The notes: generated by a model from the sequence alone, not told the origin. 64,000 bases of DNA from a virus (IMGVR_UViG_3300034073_002951:7092-71091), one strand, 5' to 3'; shown: positions 35,331-46,242, numbered from the stretch's first letter. Program-made: numbers and translations.

Positions 35331-36110
35331 TTATGACCAGTATTTTTTAAACCATTCTTTTAAGTCGTATCTTTCTCTTTTCATATGTTCGCCTTCTCTA
35401 AAATTAATTCCTTTTTGAACATAATTGAAAAGTAAAGACCTTCTCATTCTTTGTGAAGTATTGGGTTCTGAACCATGTACGGTGTGTGAGTGAAGAATAG
35501 TTACATCTCCCTTTTTCATTCTTCCCTCAATTTTTTTGAAATTATGACCTTCTGGCATTACACAAGGTTTACCACGTTCATTTCTCCAAAATTTAGGATT
35601 AGTTTTTGCTCGTTCTTCATCTACTTCTATTGGAAGTGTAGGTAAAAGATGTGATCCTTCATAAGACCAAACTGAACCATTTCCGTCATCATGATTATCA
35701 AGTGCTATTGCAAAATTTAAAACTTCATTATGCTTACATCCAATATAAAAAGCATTTTGATGTTGGTCACGTCCTAACTGCCCTGGTGGTTTAAAATAAA
35801 CCCAAGATTGGGTTCCATCAGACTCATTTCCAAAAACTAATTCTGCCGCTTCCATTAATTTTGGATGACAAAAATATTTTTCAATGAGAGGTGACAGTTT
35901 ATGTGGATATGCAAATGGATCCCATTCTCCCCACTCTGAACCATCTTCTTTGGATGTTTGGCTTCTTTCTTTTCTTAATTTTTCTAATTCTTCAATAATA
36001 GTATCGGCTTCCTCTTCACTTAAAAGGGGAAATGTGGAAAATCCACGGTATCTCCAATCAAAAAGTATTTGTTGAACTTCTTCATCGGAAAGGTATTTGT
36101 ATTTTTTCAT
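35331..36110 (-). CDS. Phytanoyl-CoA dioxygenase-like 2OG-Fe(II) oxygenase
   Basis: YFKPPG...HQN, IALD...NG...GSH, KGDVTILHSHTVHGSEPN...RR. Confidence 0.8.
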   Translation of the reverse strand: MKKYKYLSDEEVQQILFDWRYRGFSTFPLLSEEEADTIIEELEKLRKERSQTSKEDGSEWGEWDPFAYPHKLSPLIEKYFCHPKLMEAAELVFGNESDGTQSWVYFKPPGQLGRDQHQNAFYIGCKHNEVLNFAIALDNHDDGNGSVWSYEGSHLLPTLPIEVDEERAKTNPKFWRNERGKPCVMPEGHNFKKIEGRMKKGDVTILHSHTVHGSEPNTSQRMRRSLLFNYVQKGINFREGEHMKRERYDLKEWFKKYWS

Positions 36111-36146
36111 ATAACTTGTTAAATTTGAGTTGTATATATAAATATA

Positions 36147-36533
36147 TTATTTTTTATAAAATTGTAAATAATTTGTTATTCTATATTTTAATCCAGGTAT
36201 TTTTTCTTTGTAAAATTCCAATGTTTTTTTGTTTGATTCCCTAACACCGAAATCTAAAATATTTCCAACATCATCATAAACAGGATCAATTGATCCAGAT
36301 ATTCTCCACTTCAAGACCACTAATGAATAATCTGCAATTGGTGATAATTTTGCATAATTAGATTGATTAATTTCGAATATAGGAGCATTAATATCGTTAG
36401 ATTTTTGTACAAAATATCTTTTTAAAAACCCGTCTTCATAATTTTTTTGAGTGGGGACAGGTTGATATGGTTTTATTGTTTTTACATCATTAAAACCTTT
36501 GTTTAATTTTTTATAATCATCTATAATACTCAT
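36147..36533 (-). CDS. Hypothetical protein (baseplate region)
   Basis: Last gene of the tail/baseplate operon; 4-nt overlap with the upstream gene. Confidence 0.55.
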   Translation of the reverse strand: MSIIDDYKKLNKGFNDVKTIKPYQPVPTQKNYEDGFLKRYFVQKSNDINAPIFEINQSNYAKLSPIADYSLVVLKWRISGSIDPVYDDVGNILDFGVRESNKKTLEFYKEKIPGLKYRITNYLQFYKK

Positions 36534-39031
36534 ATTATATCACCTGGTAATGGTATTGATTGTGATTCAACAGATGTCTCCCATGAATCCAAATTAACCG
36601 TATGGTTTATACTTGTGATAGTATATATTCTATTTTTTGCATTATAAGATGGAATATCCGAATATCTAATTCTATCGTTAATTTTTAACCCACTTACACC
36701 ATGAATAGTAAAATTAACCTTTTCTAATCCAATTGGAATATTTCTAACTTGCAAATCATCAGTTATAGTTTGATTTGTTGATGATCCGGGTAGCCTATCT
36801 TTTAATTCTACCTTTTTAAGAGTATTTGGATTTGCCCATGCACCTACCATTAAAAGTTTTTCCAATCCACTTAAATCTTTTTCAGAACTAAACTTTTTAA
36901 TATTTGAAATAATATCAGAACGTTGTCTTTTATTTTGTAATTTTGGTACAATTGTTGCATTACTTGTAAAAATTTCAAATAAAGGATTTCGTTCTTCAAC
37001 AGAATTTGCCTTATCTTCTGTTTCCGTGTTAACCGTATCAGTTGTATTAAGTGACTCGTCCATTTTTACAGCACTCAAAATAGCTGAACCAACCCTATCT
37101 TCTCTTAAAGAAAAAGCAGTTCCTAAAAGTTGTTTTGGTGTATAAGGTGTTTCATCTGCACCAGCTGTGTTTGGATTCATTTTTGTTATTGCCAAGGAAC
37201 TTACCATTTGTGATGATGATTCCGTAGAAAAACTTGATTGTATAAATGGAGAATCAGTACCTCTTAATGGAAATTTGACTTCATAATCTTCAAAAGTCTT
37301 ATTTGTTTTTCCTCTAAAATTTGTATCAATAACAGTCATTTGTGCGTTTCCATTTTCATCCAAATCTTGTATAATTTCAAAATGCCATATAGAATTCACA
37401 GCGGAAGTCATACCATTTAATAAATTGTAGAAAACATCCTTTGCAACTAAATTTGGTGTATCCAAAGTTTTATAAAAGAAATTAAAATTTACATATAAAT
37501 CCTTTAACCATCCCCACCAATACTCATCCTCTGTTATTGATAAAAAAGATTCGTCATATTTTAAAACTGGAAATAATTCACGTGTGGATTCATCTAATTT
37601 ATACTTACATGGAAACGCATAAGGAACTGCTCTACTTTCTCCAGATTCATAGTCCTTTGAAACACCATTTAACTCTTCCTTTTCACTAAACTTTGTTTTA
37701 TTTGTAAATGGATGATTATTTGATAAATTTTCATCTGAATCTAAATTTGCAAAATCTATAATTTTACTTATCTCTGATTCATTTTTTGGGTCAGAGAACG
37801 CTTTTAGAAAATTAAAATTTGGATGTTTTGTATTTGGAATAAACAGTTTTGAGGGGTCAGTTGAAAATATATGTGGAAATGCCGATATTACTGAATTTTC
37901 TATATTAATTTTCATACTACGGGTTGGTTGAGGACACGTACCCTCTTTTGCCTCAATATTTAAACCATATGAATTTAAAATCTGAATGGCTAATTCAAAT
38001 CTTATAAATCGTTCATTTGAAATAAAATCAACTTCAGTTGGAGTTTCATTTCCCAAAGTATTTGTTATAGTTGACAAATAATTTGAAAATCCTTCTTTAA
38101 TTTCTTGAACAACATCAGAATCCATATTGACAAAATTTGCAGGATCTGTCCATCGTGAATCATTTATAAGACTTTTTACAGTATCTGTCTTTTTCTGTGG
38201 AGGTAAATTATTAAACATTTTTGCGAATAAAATTTTACCAACATCATCTCCAAAAGAGTCTATATCACTTTTTTCAAAATTTAAATCGCTACTTGTATCG
38301 TTAGATTCAGTATCAACAACTCCATTTTGGATTTGTAACATCTCCGCATAAGAACCCAATCCAATTATTTTTGTTTTAATATTAAAACTTCTATCTTCAC
38401 CAAATTCAACACCACCACCTAAAATTGTACCAAGTGTTGCAAAATATTGATAATCTGAATTTTTCATCTTTTGAAGAACATATTCCCAATTATTATATTT
38501 TGCAATTTCACAAACATCTATCGGACCGCCACCTCCAACTATTTGACTACGTGATGCTGCAGTATTCCATCCCCATTCTATTAATAAGTGAAATCCTGGT
38601 TCTAATAAAAACTTTGAAAGTTCTTCGCATTGTTCGGTTGTAAATGCAACTGTATCAAATGTTGCCTCAACAGTTCCATTCATCAAATTTTTTGCTGATA
38701 AACTTTGTATAAGTGGACTTGGCCTTAACCCGCGGCCTTCACCAATAATATTTACAGGTGTTTTTAAATCTAGTTGATACCCTAAAATACCAGGAAATGA
38801 GTTTGTCCCATATCTTATGTTAAAATTACTGTAAGGATTGATACTATCCATTACAAGTCCATTTATATTTTCTGTTTCCGAAAATGCAGCGGAGGTAACT
38901 CTTATCCAAGGTTGTAATCCACTTACTCCAAATTTATCAAGTGTTTTAGGACGTGTGTTACCACCTCTTCTTAAAATCAAGTTTTGTAGAGGTTCATCAA
39001 TTCTTGATAAAAATGGTTGTAATCCTATCAT
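36530..39031 (-). CDS. Putative baseplate hub/tail protein
   Basis: Follows the LysM/tail-X gene; LIEWGWN and C-terminal GVSGLKIND...ITSINHTV...WETSVE resemble hub proteins. Confidence 0.55.
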   Translation of the reverse strand: MIGLQPFLSRIDEPLQNLILRRGGNTRPKTLDKFGVSGLQPWIRVTSAAFSETENINGLVMDSINPYSNFNIRYGTNSFPGILGYQLDLKTPVNIIGEGRGLRPSPLIQSLSAKNLMNGTVEATFDTVAFTTEQCEELSKFLLEPGFHLLIEWGWNTAASRSQIVGGGGPIDVCEIAKYNNWEYVLQKMKNSDYQYFATLGTILGGGVEFGEDRSFNIKTKIIGLGSYAEMLQIQNGVVDTESNDTSSDLNFEKSDIDSFGDDVGKILFAKMFNNLPPQKKTDTVKSLINDSRWTDPANFVNMDSDVVQEIKEGFSNYLSTITNTLGNETPTEVDFISNERFIRFELAIQILNSYGLNIEAKEGTCPQPTRSMKINIENSVISAFPHIFSTDPSKLFIPNTKHPNFNFLKAFSDPKNESEISKIIDFANLDSDENLSNNHPFTNKTKFSEKEELNGVSKDYESGESRAVPYAFPCKYKLDESTRELFPVLKYDESFLSITEDEYWWGWLKDLYVNFNFFYKTLDTPNLVAKDVFYNLLNGMTSAVNSIWHFEIIQDLDENGNAQMTVIDTNFRGKTNKTFEDYEVKFPLRGTDSPFIQSSFSTESSSQMVSSLAITKMNPNTAGADETPYTPKQLLGTAFSLREDRVGSAILSAVKMDESLNTTDTVNTETEDKANSVEERNPLFEIFTSNATIVPKLQNKRQRSDIISNIKKFSSEKDLSGLEKLLMVGAWANPNTLKKVELKDRLPGSSTNQTITDDLQVRNIPIGLEKVNFTIHGVSGLKINDRIRYSDIPSYNAKNRIYTITSINHTVNLDSWETSVESQSIPLPGDII

Positions 39032-39035
39032 TTAT

Positions 39036-39326
39036 TTATGATTCAAAGTTATTTACTATTTGTATGTAATTTTGAGGTATTCTTAAAGTTGTTCCAGGTT
39101 CCACGCCTATTGGAGCATCATGTATATTATTTGCGGTAGCTATAATCCACCATAAAGTAGAGTCACCATAAAATTGAAAAGCAATAGTATCTAACCTATC
39201 ACCTTCTTGTGTCATTATATATATGTCTTGATCAGATTTTGGTATATTTGGATATACTTTTGACTTATATACTCTTCTACCATCTTTTCTTTTAAAAGGT
39301 TTTATATTTTTGTATCTATTAGCCAT
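39036..39326 (-). CDS. LysM/tail-X baseplate protein
   Basis: GDRLDTIAFQFYGDSTLWWIIATAN...GTTLRIP. Start set at ATG 39326. Confidence 0.85.
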   Translation of the reverse strand: MANRYKNIKPFKRKDGRRVYKSKVYPNIPKSDQDIYIMTQEGDRLDTIAFQFYGDSTLWWIIATANNIHDAPIGVEPGTTLRIPQNYIQIVNNFES

Positions 39327-40893
39327 ATAATTCCTGTAAAATTTCATCAATACCAGATGCACCAACTTTTTTCATACTTACATCACTCGGTGTTGATTCT
39401 GATTTTCCTGTATTTACATTAGTTGGTGCCTTTGATGGTCCAACTTTTCCACCTTTAACAAAAGTTATTGCAGGTGGTTTTACAGCCTCAACACCGAGAT
39501 CGTTTATTTTTGGAACATTCTCTCTTGAAATAATAACACCCAAACCTTCTTTTCTTTGTAAAACTCTTTCTCTATACTCTTTTAATAATTTATTAGCTTC
39601 TTTTGTTCTTGAATAATTATATAACGCATTTTCTATACCTTCCCATTCAACAAACTTAAATGTTGCTGCAACTTCAATAAGTTTAGGAAGGAAAAATCCC
39701 TCTAAATCAGTTTCCCAACCTGAATTTTCATCAATAGTGTATGTCAAACTTTCTATAAATGCAACTTTATCAACATACATATTACCAAGTCTAAACTTGA
39801 TAAATGGAGCATCTACGTAATTTTCATTTTCAGGAATAGTTGGATATGTTTTACTTGTTAAGTATTCTATTTTTTCCCAATTTTTTGCAAGTTCAGTTGG
39901 GTTCATACAATATATCATTAAATTAAATGATAATGTTCTTTCTACTGATGAATAAGTGTAATAATTGTATGGATTACCTATAAACCTTGAAGAGTTCCAT
40001 GTTGGGGTTACTGTTTCATTAATTGAATTAAGTAAAGCTCTAAAATAAACAGGTTTCGAGGAGTCCATCCCACTTACCCAAAATGGAACAAGATTCAATC
40101 CTTCAACTTCATCTCTCGAATAATCATCTGATGGTCCAATCATGTTAACTTTATCACCAACCGGTGGGGGTGAATCCAAACGATATGTATCACTAAATCC
40201 TCTATCTTCCAAACTTAATCTATTTCCGTCTCTTAATATTTTAGAAGCAGTTGCACTATATGTTTTTTCTTCTTTACTTGAATAATTTGAAAGTCTTTCA
40301 CCAGTAATTGGGTCAACAATTGCTTGCTTACCCATGATAGAATCTCTTATTTTATCCTTAATTAAACCAACACCTTTTCCAAGAGCTTGTTTACCAAGAG
40401 TTCTTGGGTTCCCACCTCCCGTGGATTTCAAATATTTACCCAATAAATTACCTTCACCTGATTTTTTAATATCAGCCAAAGTTGTCATTATATCTTGTTC
40501 TTCTGACTGTTTAAATTTTGGGTCGGCGATTACAGTAGATGGTATTAAATTTTTAGGAAAACCAAGTTTTGATGTTACAGCATCTCTGGCCTCCGAAATT
40601 TTTGATGCTATATTTAAACTTCCACCAGTATTTTGAGAGGTTCCGATTGACTCAACTACTGCTTGTTTTTGAATTTCAGTAGTTTCAATACTACGAGTTG
40701 CAATACGGATAGTACCTGTACCATATATTAAAGGATTATTTACATCAACTAAAGATTTTACACGAATACCCGAAAGTTCTTGATCAGCAAAACTTTTTAT
40801 AGATTTCACAAATTCACTTTTTGAACTACTATCTGTTGGACTAACAGCTAAATCTTGTGGGGAACCCTTAAATAATTCAAGTATTGTTGGCAT
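39319..40893 (-). CDS. Baseplate/tail-tube initiator-like protein
   Basis: Between tape measure and LysM genes; YFRAL...PTWN...IGNP...YTYSSVERTLSF and WE motifs. Confidence 0.6.
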   Translation of the reverse strand: MPTILELFKGSPQDLAVSPTDSSSKSEFVKSIKSFADQELSGIRVKSLVDVNNPLIYGTGTIRIATRSIETTEIQKQAVVESIGTSQNTGGSLNIASKISEARDAVTSKLGFPKNLIPSTVIADPKFKQSEEQDIMTTLADIKKSGEGNLLGKYLKSTGGGNPRTLGKQALGKGVGLIKDKIRDSIMGKQAIVDPITGERLSNYSSKEEKTYSATASKILRDGNRLSLEDRGFSDTYRLDSPPPVGDKVNMIGPSDDYSRDEVEGLNLVPFWVSGMDSSKPVYFRALLNSINETVTPTWNSSRFIGNPYNYYTYSSVERTLSFNLMIYCMNPTELAKNWEKIEYLTSKTYPTIPENENYVDAPFIKFRLGNMYVDKVAFIESLTYTIDENSGWETDLEGFFLPKLIEVAATFKFVEWEGIENALYNYSRTKEANKLLKEYRERVLQRKEGLGVIISRENVPKINDLGVEAVKPPAITFVKGGKVGPSKAPTNVNTGKSESTPSDVSMKKVGASGIDEILQELYG

Positions 40894-43800
40894 TATAATG
40901 TCCTCATGTCTGTTCCAGTATTACTTCTTCTTTGATTTTGGTTTCGGGTTACAGAAGCTGAAACTTTTTCACCATCCATATAAATAGTACCACCACTTAA
41001 TACTGCTTGTTTCACTTCTTCTAATTTTGAAATAATTCTTTCATTTGTGCTAATAATTTGTGTTGTTACCAAACTTTGTTGTTGCATTCCACTTGCTACT
41101 TCCATAGAAGCAGGTTGAACTTGAAGTGTTGCCCCTCTAAACATATCCTTTAAAGCACCACCACTTGCTTCTGCAAAATCTTCAAATTTATCAATATCTA
41201 AATCCTTCATACTTGAAACAACGGTGGAAATAGATTTTGCAAAAATATCCATACCAAATGCAAGTAAAGCAATTTTATCTGCATATTGTGCCAAAGTTTC
41301 TATTTTCCTAATCGGAGATTGTGCTCCGAATAATTTTCCAAAACCATCAATAATACTTGAAATGACGTTACCACCACTCAATGCCATCAAACCACCGGAT
41401 AAGGAAACCAAAGCACCACCTAATAAAGCAATTGCTCCAACTTTTTCCATAGAAACATTTTTTAAAAGAACTTCAAGAGTTACCCCAAGTTGTTGAAGAG
41501 TTCCTATCATGGTATCACTTACTATTTGAGCAATTTTAACCACTCCATTAACAATACTATCTATAATGGGCTGGACAACTGAACCAATGCTTTCAAAAAC
41601 TTTTTTAACATTATCACCAACAACGTTAATAATATTTGAAAATTCTTTAAATACTGTTATTATTACTGTTCCTACGATACCTGCCAATTTAATTAAAGTA
41701 TTAGATAAGGTTTCTATGATTGGTACTACAACTGTTGCAATACCTTCAAATACAGATTTCATCATTTTACCAAATGGTTCGAGAGCAGGACCGGCTATAC
41801 GAAGAGCAACAGCTATACCAAAAATACCAGCAACGATAGCTGCAAGTCCTATAAGTGCTGCTGGGTTTGCAAGTGAAGCTAAACCACCTGACATTCCTCT
41901 AAAAAATCCACCTAATCCTTTTCCTATTGCTGATAATGCCTTACCAATTCCAGTAGAAAGTCCATTTATAAATGTACCAATTCCAGTTCCAAGTGAACCT
42001 AATGCTGTACTAATACCTTTGGATAATCCACTTATAAATCTACCTATACCACTTCCTAAATCACCAACTCCCTTTCCTATCTTACTTAAAACACTTGTAG
42101 AACTTTTACCTACCTGGCCTATCTCTGTATTAACTTTTTTAAATGGATTGAAAGAAGAAAATAATCCTTTTAATTTACGACCAAAAACTCCTAATGCTAC
42201 ACCCCCAATTAGTAACATTTGCATAAAATTCATACCTGCTTTTTCAACAGTTTGAAATTCCTCTTCTCCTTTTTTACCAAATTTAAACCAACTTGTAAAA
42301 GTATCAAATGCTGATTTAACTTTTTCTATTACTGCATTTACCTTTTCACCAAATTCAGGGAACATATCCATCGCAGTTTTTATACCGCCTTCTATCCATT
42401 TCCAACCCGGAACAAATACTCTTAATGTTCCTAACAATGCATCTTTTATACCACCGAGTATATCACCTTTACCAAACTTTTCAAATGCGGTTATAAAATT
42501 ACCAATACCTTTAAAAAGAACACCTACTGTATTTAAAATAAATGAAAAAGCTCCTCCAAATACCTTTGCTAATGTTTCAGCAACTCCAAATTTACTTTCA
42601 ACCGTTCCAAACATTCTTTGCAATGGTTCAATTATAGCCATTGCACCATCTTTTAAGTTATTAAATGCAGGTTGTAAGGTTGTCATTAAAACGTTGCCAA
42701 ATTTTATAACGTGAGGAACTATATTCATTATAGTTCTACCAACGGGTTCTAAACTTAAAAGAAATTTCATTCCAAATTCTTTAATTTTATTAACTAATTG
42801 ATCAAATTCGGATTGCATTTCTTGTGTTGCTGCAATTACTGCTGCCTGTTGATTTAAATCTTCTTTTGTAATATCTTTAATTTCTTTACCAGCCTTTATT
42901 TGTGCTTCCAAGGCTTTCATTTGTTTTTCGTCTAACTTACCAAACCTTTGTCTAATTCTTTGTTGTTCTACTAAATCTTGAAACGGCACTCCTGTTGCTT
43001 TTGCAAGTGCTTCTTGTTGGAATACGTTAAGTCTTGTTAAATCACCAAGTTTATCAACTTCCTTACCAATCGCTTCATGCATTTTTACAGTATTACCTGT
43101 CATTGCGAAATAACGAGCTTGATTTAAATTTAGATTTCTACCAAGTATAGCAGACGCTTGCATTTGATCGGTTATGGATGTTTCAAAATCTAATAATCCT
43201 CTTGCAGACTCAGACATCTTCTTAATCGAAGTTCCCATTCTCGCTGCATAAATAGCACCCCACTTTAATTGTTTTTGGGAACCACCAAAATATTTAAGGG
43301 CATCTTCTGAACTTTCTGCAATGTCTTGCATTACTTGGTTAGGAGCAACCCCAGCCATCTTTGAAAGTAAAGCAACTTGATTTGTAAAATACTGTGATTG
43401 GTCTGCACTTGCACCTGTCATATCTCTTACGAGTTTTGTAACTTGTGCCGCGGTTTCAGGAAGTACACCAAAGTTTTTACTTAATGCAACAATTGATGTT
43501 AAAGTTCTTTGAGATGGTTGTTCTAAATTTTTAAATTGTTTTGTAAATGCTGCAGCTGATTGAGCTACATCTTCCATCGAAGCACCCAAACCAACGGTTG
43601 CTAAATAAACTGACTTAATGTTACCTTCAAGATTTCGAGTTTGTGATCGTAAAAGTCCCGTTTCTTGTCTAAATTGTTTCGCTGCTTCTGAAATCTTGTA
43701 AAATGCTAATACACCTGCAGCAGCGACCATTGCAAACAATGAAAGTGCCAACATTAGTGGGTTTGCAAATGCTGTACGAAGTCCTGATGAAAGTCCACTT

Positions 43801-44363
43801 GATAACGATCTGACAAATCCTTTTCCTTGACCGTTAACAGTAGAATATGCGTCTTTGAATGATTTTTTAAAATTATCACCTATATCATTTATTCTTTTCT
43901 TTAAAAATTCAAATGGTATGAGTTTTTCAAATACGTTTCCTAAAACAGGGATTTCTGAAAGTTTATTTTTAAAAGAATCCAAAGACTGATTTAAAGAACT
44001 AGCAACATTATCTACATTTTTATCTATTTTGCCTATTATATCTTTTCTTTTTTCTTCAAGATCAAGTATTTTTATACTGGTTTCATATATTTTTAATAAA
44101 TCATCTTTATATTTCTCATTTACACCAAAATTGGTTTGTGTAATTTGTAATTTTCTTTTTTGTAATTCAACAATTTTACTTTCAAATTCTTCTGTACTTT
44201 TAATATTTGAAACAATTGATTTTAATGTATTAGCTTCATTTGCTAATGATTTGTTTCTTTTATCACTTTTTTGCACAAGTTGGTCTGTCAACTTACCAAT
44301 TGATGATGTAAGTCCTTGAACTTCTTTTAGTTCATTAATACTTTGTTTATTATTTTTAGCCAT
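40893..44363 (-). CDS. Tail tape measure protein
   Basis: 1156 aa, helical, Ala/Gly-rich amphipathic repeats and hydrophobic segments; downstream of tube and chaperone genes. Confidence 0.85.
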   Translation of the reverse strand: MAKNNKQSINELKEVQGLTSSIGKLTDQLVQKSDKRNKSLANEANTLKSIVSNIKSTEEFESKIVELQKRKLQITQTNFGVNEKYKDDLLKIYETSIKILDLEEKRKDIIGKIDKNVDNVASSLNQSLDSFKNKLSEIPVLGNVFEKLIPFEFLKKRINDIGDNFKKSFKDAYSTVNGQGKGFVRSLSSGLSSGLRTAFANPLMLALSLFAMVAAAGVLAFYKISEAAKQFRQETGLLRSQTRNLEGNIKSVYLATVGLGASMEDVAQSAAAFTKQFKNLEQPSQRTLTSIVALSKNFGVLPETAAQVTKLVRDMTGASADQSQYFTNQVALLSKMAGVAPNQVMQDIAESSEDALKYFGGSQKQLKWGAIYAARMGTSIKKMSESARGLLDFETSITDQMQASAILGRNLNLNQARYFAMTGNTVKMHEAIGKEVDKLGDLTRLNVFQQEALAKATGVPFQDLVEQQRIRQRFGKLDEKQMKALEAQIKAGKEIKDITKEDLNQQAAVIAATQEMQSEFDQLVNKIKEFGMKFLLSLEPVGRTIMNIVPHVIKFGNVLMTTLQPAFNNLKDGAMAIIEPLQRMFGTVESKFGVAETLAKVFGGAFSFILNTVGVLFKGIGNFITAFEKFGKGDILGGIKDALLGTLRVFVPGWKWIEGGIKTAMDMFPEFGEKVNAVIEKVKSAFDTFTSWFKFGKKGEEEFQTVEKAGMNFMQMLLIGGVALGVFGRKLKGLFSSFNPFKKVNTEIGQVGKSSTSVLSKIGKGVGDLGSGIGRFISGLSKGISTALGSLGTGIGTFINGLSTGIGKALSAIGKGLGGFFRGMSGGLASLANPAALIGLAAIVAGIFGIAVALRIAGPALEPFGKMMKSVFEGIATVVVPIIETLSNTLIKLAGIVGTVIITVFKEFSNIINVVGDNVKKVFESIGSVVQPIIDSIVNGVVKIAQIVSDTMIGTLQQLGVTLEVLLKNVSMEKVGAIALLGGALVSLSGGLMALSGGNVISSIIDGFGKLFGAQSPIRKIETLAQYADKIALLAFGMDIFAKSISTVVSSMKDLDIDKFEDFAEASGGALKDMFRGATLQVQPASMEVASGMQQQSLVTTQIISTNERIISKLEEVKQAVLSGGTIYMDGEKVSASVTRNQNQRRSNTGTDMRTL

Positions 44364-44366
44364 CTA

Positions 44367-44609
44367 TTAGTAAAATCTTTTCAATTCGTCAGGAATTTTA
44401 TATCCTTTTTTTTCAAGATCTTTAATTGATTTTTTAAGATTTTCTAAACTCTTATCTGCATCTTCTAATGCATTTTGTAATTCTTTATCATTATCAAGTG
44501 CTTTCTTTAACTTTTTTTTAAAAATAAATGAAAGAATTCCTTCATTTTTAAGAGAATACTTTTCTTTTATAGTATTAAATTTTTTGTAATTTTCTTCACT
44601 TATGCGCAT
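44367..44609 (-). CDS. Small hypothetical coiled-coil protein
   Basis: ATATTTATA motif upstream; start set at ATG 44609. Confidence 0.55.
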   Translation of the reverse strand: MRISEENYKKFNTIKEKYSLKNEGILSFIFKKKLKKALDNDKELQNALEDADKSLENLKKSIKDLEKKGYKIPDELKRFY

Positions 44610-44661
44610 TTTTATCACTCCAATTCATATTATATAAATATAAACTATTGGAAAAGTGTTA

Positions 44662-44893
44662 CTATTTACGAACACTTACATTTGGACCACGTGCCGGTGA
44701 TTTTGAAGAACTTGACTGTTTATATTGTTTTTGTTCTTGTTCTTTAGCATCAACTAATTTTTTGTAATAAAAGTTTCTTATGTGGATTGGCATAGAATAT
44801 ACCTCTGATTGGGTAAATCCATTACCATAATAACATAACTCAAAAATTTGTTGATGAAGAATTACGGAGTAATTACTCGGAAGGCCAAAAAAA
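44662..44893 (-). CDS. Tail assembly chaperone C-terminal extension (probable frameshift product)
   Basis: The frame overlaps the chaperone 3' end at a T7 run: FFGLPSNYSVILHQQIFELCYYGNGFTQSEVYSMPIHIRNFY; no good independent start. Confidence 0.6.
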
Positions 44894-45631
44894 GTTGACG
44901 CCCATTGGGATTGGGCGTACCTCCTGTTCACCTGTCATTGGATTTTCATAAACATATTCTAAATCAATATCTGGTGAAATTGAACGAATATATTCTCTGA
45001 ACGCCTTTGTATCTCTTGCTAAAAATCTATTATTAATAAAATCTACAATAGTTTTCGTATCATCTTTACCATCAATAGAAAGTATCATATGGCGATAACG
45101 AGTTGTTAATTCTGATGATAATCCATCTTTTGATAATCTTTGGATTGCTTTCACATCAGCATCAATTCTTTTCTCGTCACCGTGAGTCAATAGTTTAAAT
45201 TCTATTGTATTTTTTCCAACCGGTGTTGTAAAGGTGTATCTATTTTCAGGATTTAAAAGGGAAAAATCTATATCTTTTGTTTTTACTGCTGTTAAATCTA
45301 AAGTTATTTGTTCCTTTTCGTCTAAATCATTTGTTACTTCAATTGTATAATCTTTACCATAACCAAGAATACGTGTTGCTAACATAATTGCGTTCTTATC
45401 ACCAATAATAATGTCATCAATATTAACATTTTTATCAACAACAATTGATTCAAATAATTTATCTAAAACCACTCCCTTTTTAATAAGGTTTTGTGAAGAA
45501 AGTATTTCTTCTTCTCTGGCTGTCATGTATTTTATTTCAATTTCACCTTTTGAAAGTGGATTATTGGATGGATATACTTTTCCCTGTGATGGGAGTGAGA
45601 TTACTTCGGTAGGATATAGTGTTTCTGCCAT
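44873..45631 (-). CDS. Tail/baseplate assembly chaperone (gp26-like)
   Basis: TEVISLPSQGKVY, IKYMTAREEEIL, GDKNAIMLATRILGYG; lies between tube and tape measure. Confidence 0.7.
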   Translation of the reverse strand: MAETLYPTEVISLPSQGKVYPSNNPLSKGEIEIKYMTAREEEILSSQNLIKKGVVLDKLFESIVVDKNVNIDDIIIGDKNAIMLATRILGYGKDYTIEVTNDLDEKEQITLDLTAVKTKDIDFSLLNPENRYTFTTPVGKNTIEFKLLTHGDEKRIDADVKAIQRLSKDGLSSELTTRYRHMILSIDGKDDTKTIVDFINNRFLARDTKAFREYIRSISPDIDLEYVYENPMTGEQEVRPIPMGVNFFWPSE

Positions 45632-45698
45632 AACTTTTATTTAATTTGTTTGTATATAAATATATAAATTTAAAAAAGTTGAAAAAGTATAGACAAAA

Positions 45699-45725
45699 AA
45701 AAACCTCTAACAAGTAGAGGTTTTT
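45699..45725 (-). terminator. Intrinsic terminator after tail tube gene
   Basis: AAAAACCTCTA / TAGAGGTTTTT inverted repeat with T-run. Confidence 0.75.
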
Positions 45726-45750
45726 CTTTATATTCATAAAAGAAATGAGA

Positions 45751-46242
45751 TTAAAACTCAAGTATCGCGTAATCGTATGAAAGTGTCAAAGTAATTTGAG
45801 CTGGGTCTGTTGCAGAAGCCCAATCTAAATCACCAAAGACAGCGTTTTGAATAAACGCACCTTTTAACTTCCAATTCTCAATTTTATCACCAACTGGTCC
45901 TAACATATAGATATCTATATCTTTTTTATAGAAATCTGCATATCCATCACGACCTGTAATACTTTCGTGTGATAAACGAACCCACTCCATTACTGCAACT
46001 GCTCCTGATGGAACAATTGGGTCATAAAGTGTGATTTCTAAATCTTGCCATTCACCTTTACCTTTTAATTGTCTTTTGACATTTATGTGGTCAAGAGTAA
46101 CTTTTTCAAAAGTGATACTTGGTCTGTTTCCAGCTTTGATTAGATATGAAGGTATACCATCGATTTCCATGATGAAGCGATTCTTCATCTTTGGTTCGAA
46201 GTTGGTATAAAACATCTCATTAAATTCTAATACTTCTGCCAT
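45751..46242 (-). CDS. Tail tube protein (gp19-like)
   Basis: FEPKMKNRF, KGKGEWQD, WKLKGAF, LSYDYA; directly after the sheath. Confidence 0.88.
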   Translation of the reverse strand: MAEVLEFNEMFYTNFEPKMKNRFIMEIDGIPSYLIKAGNRPSITFEKVTLDHINVKRQLKGKGEWQDLEITLYDPIVPSGAVAVMEWVRLSHESITGRDGYADFYKKDIDIYMLGPVGDKIENWKLKGAFIQNAVFGDLDWASATDPAQITLTLSYDYAILEF

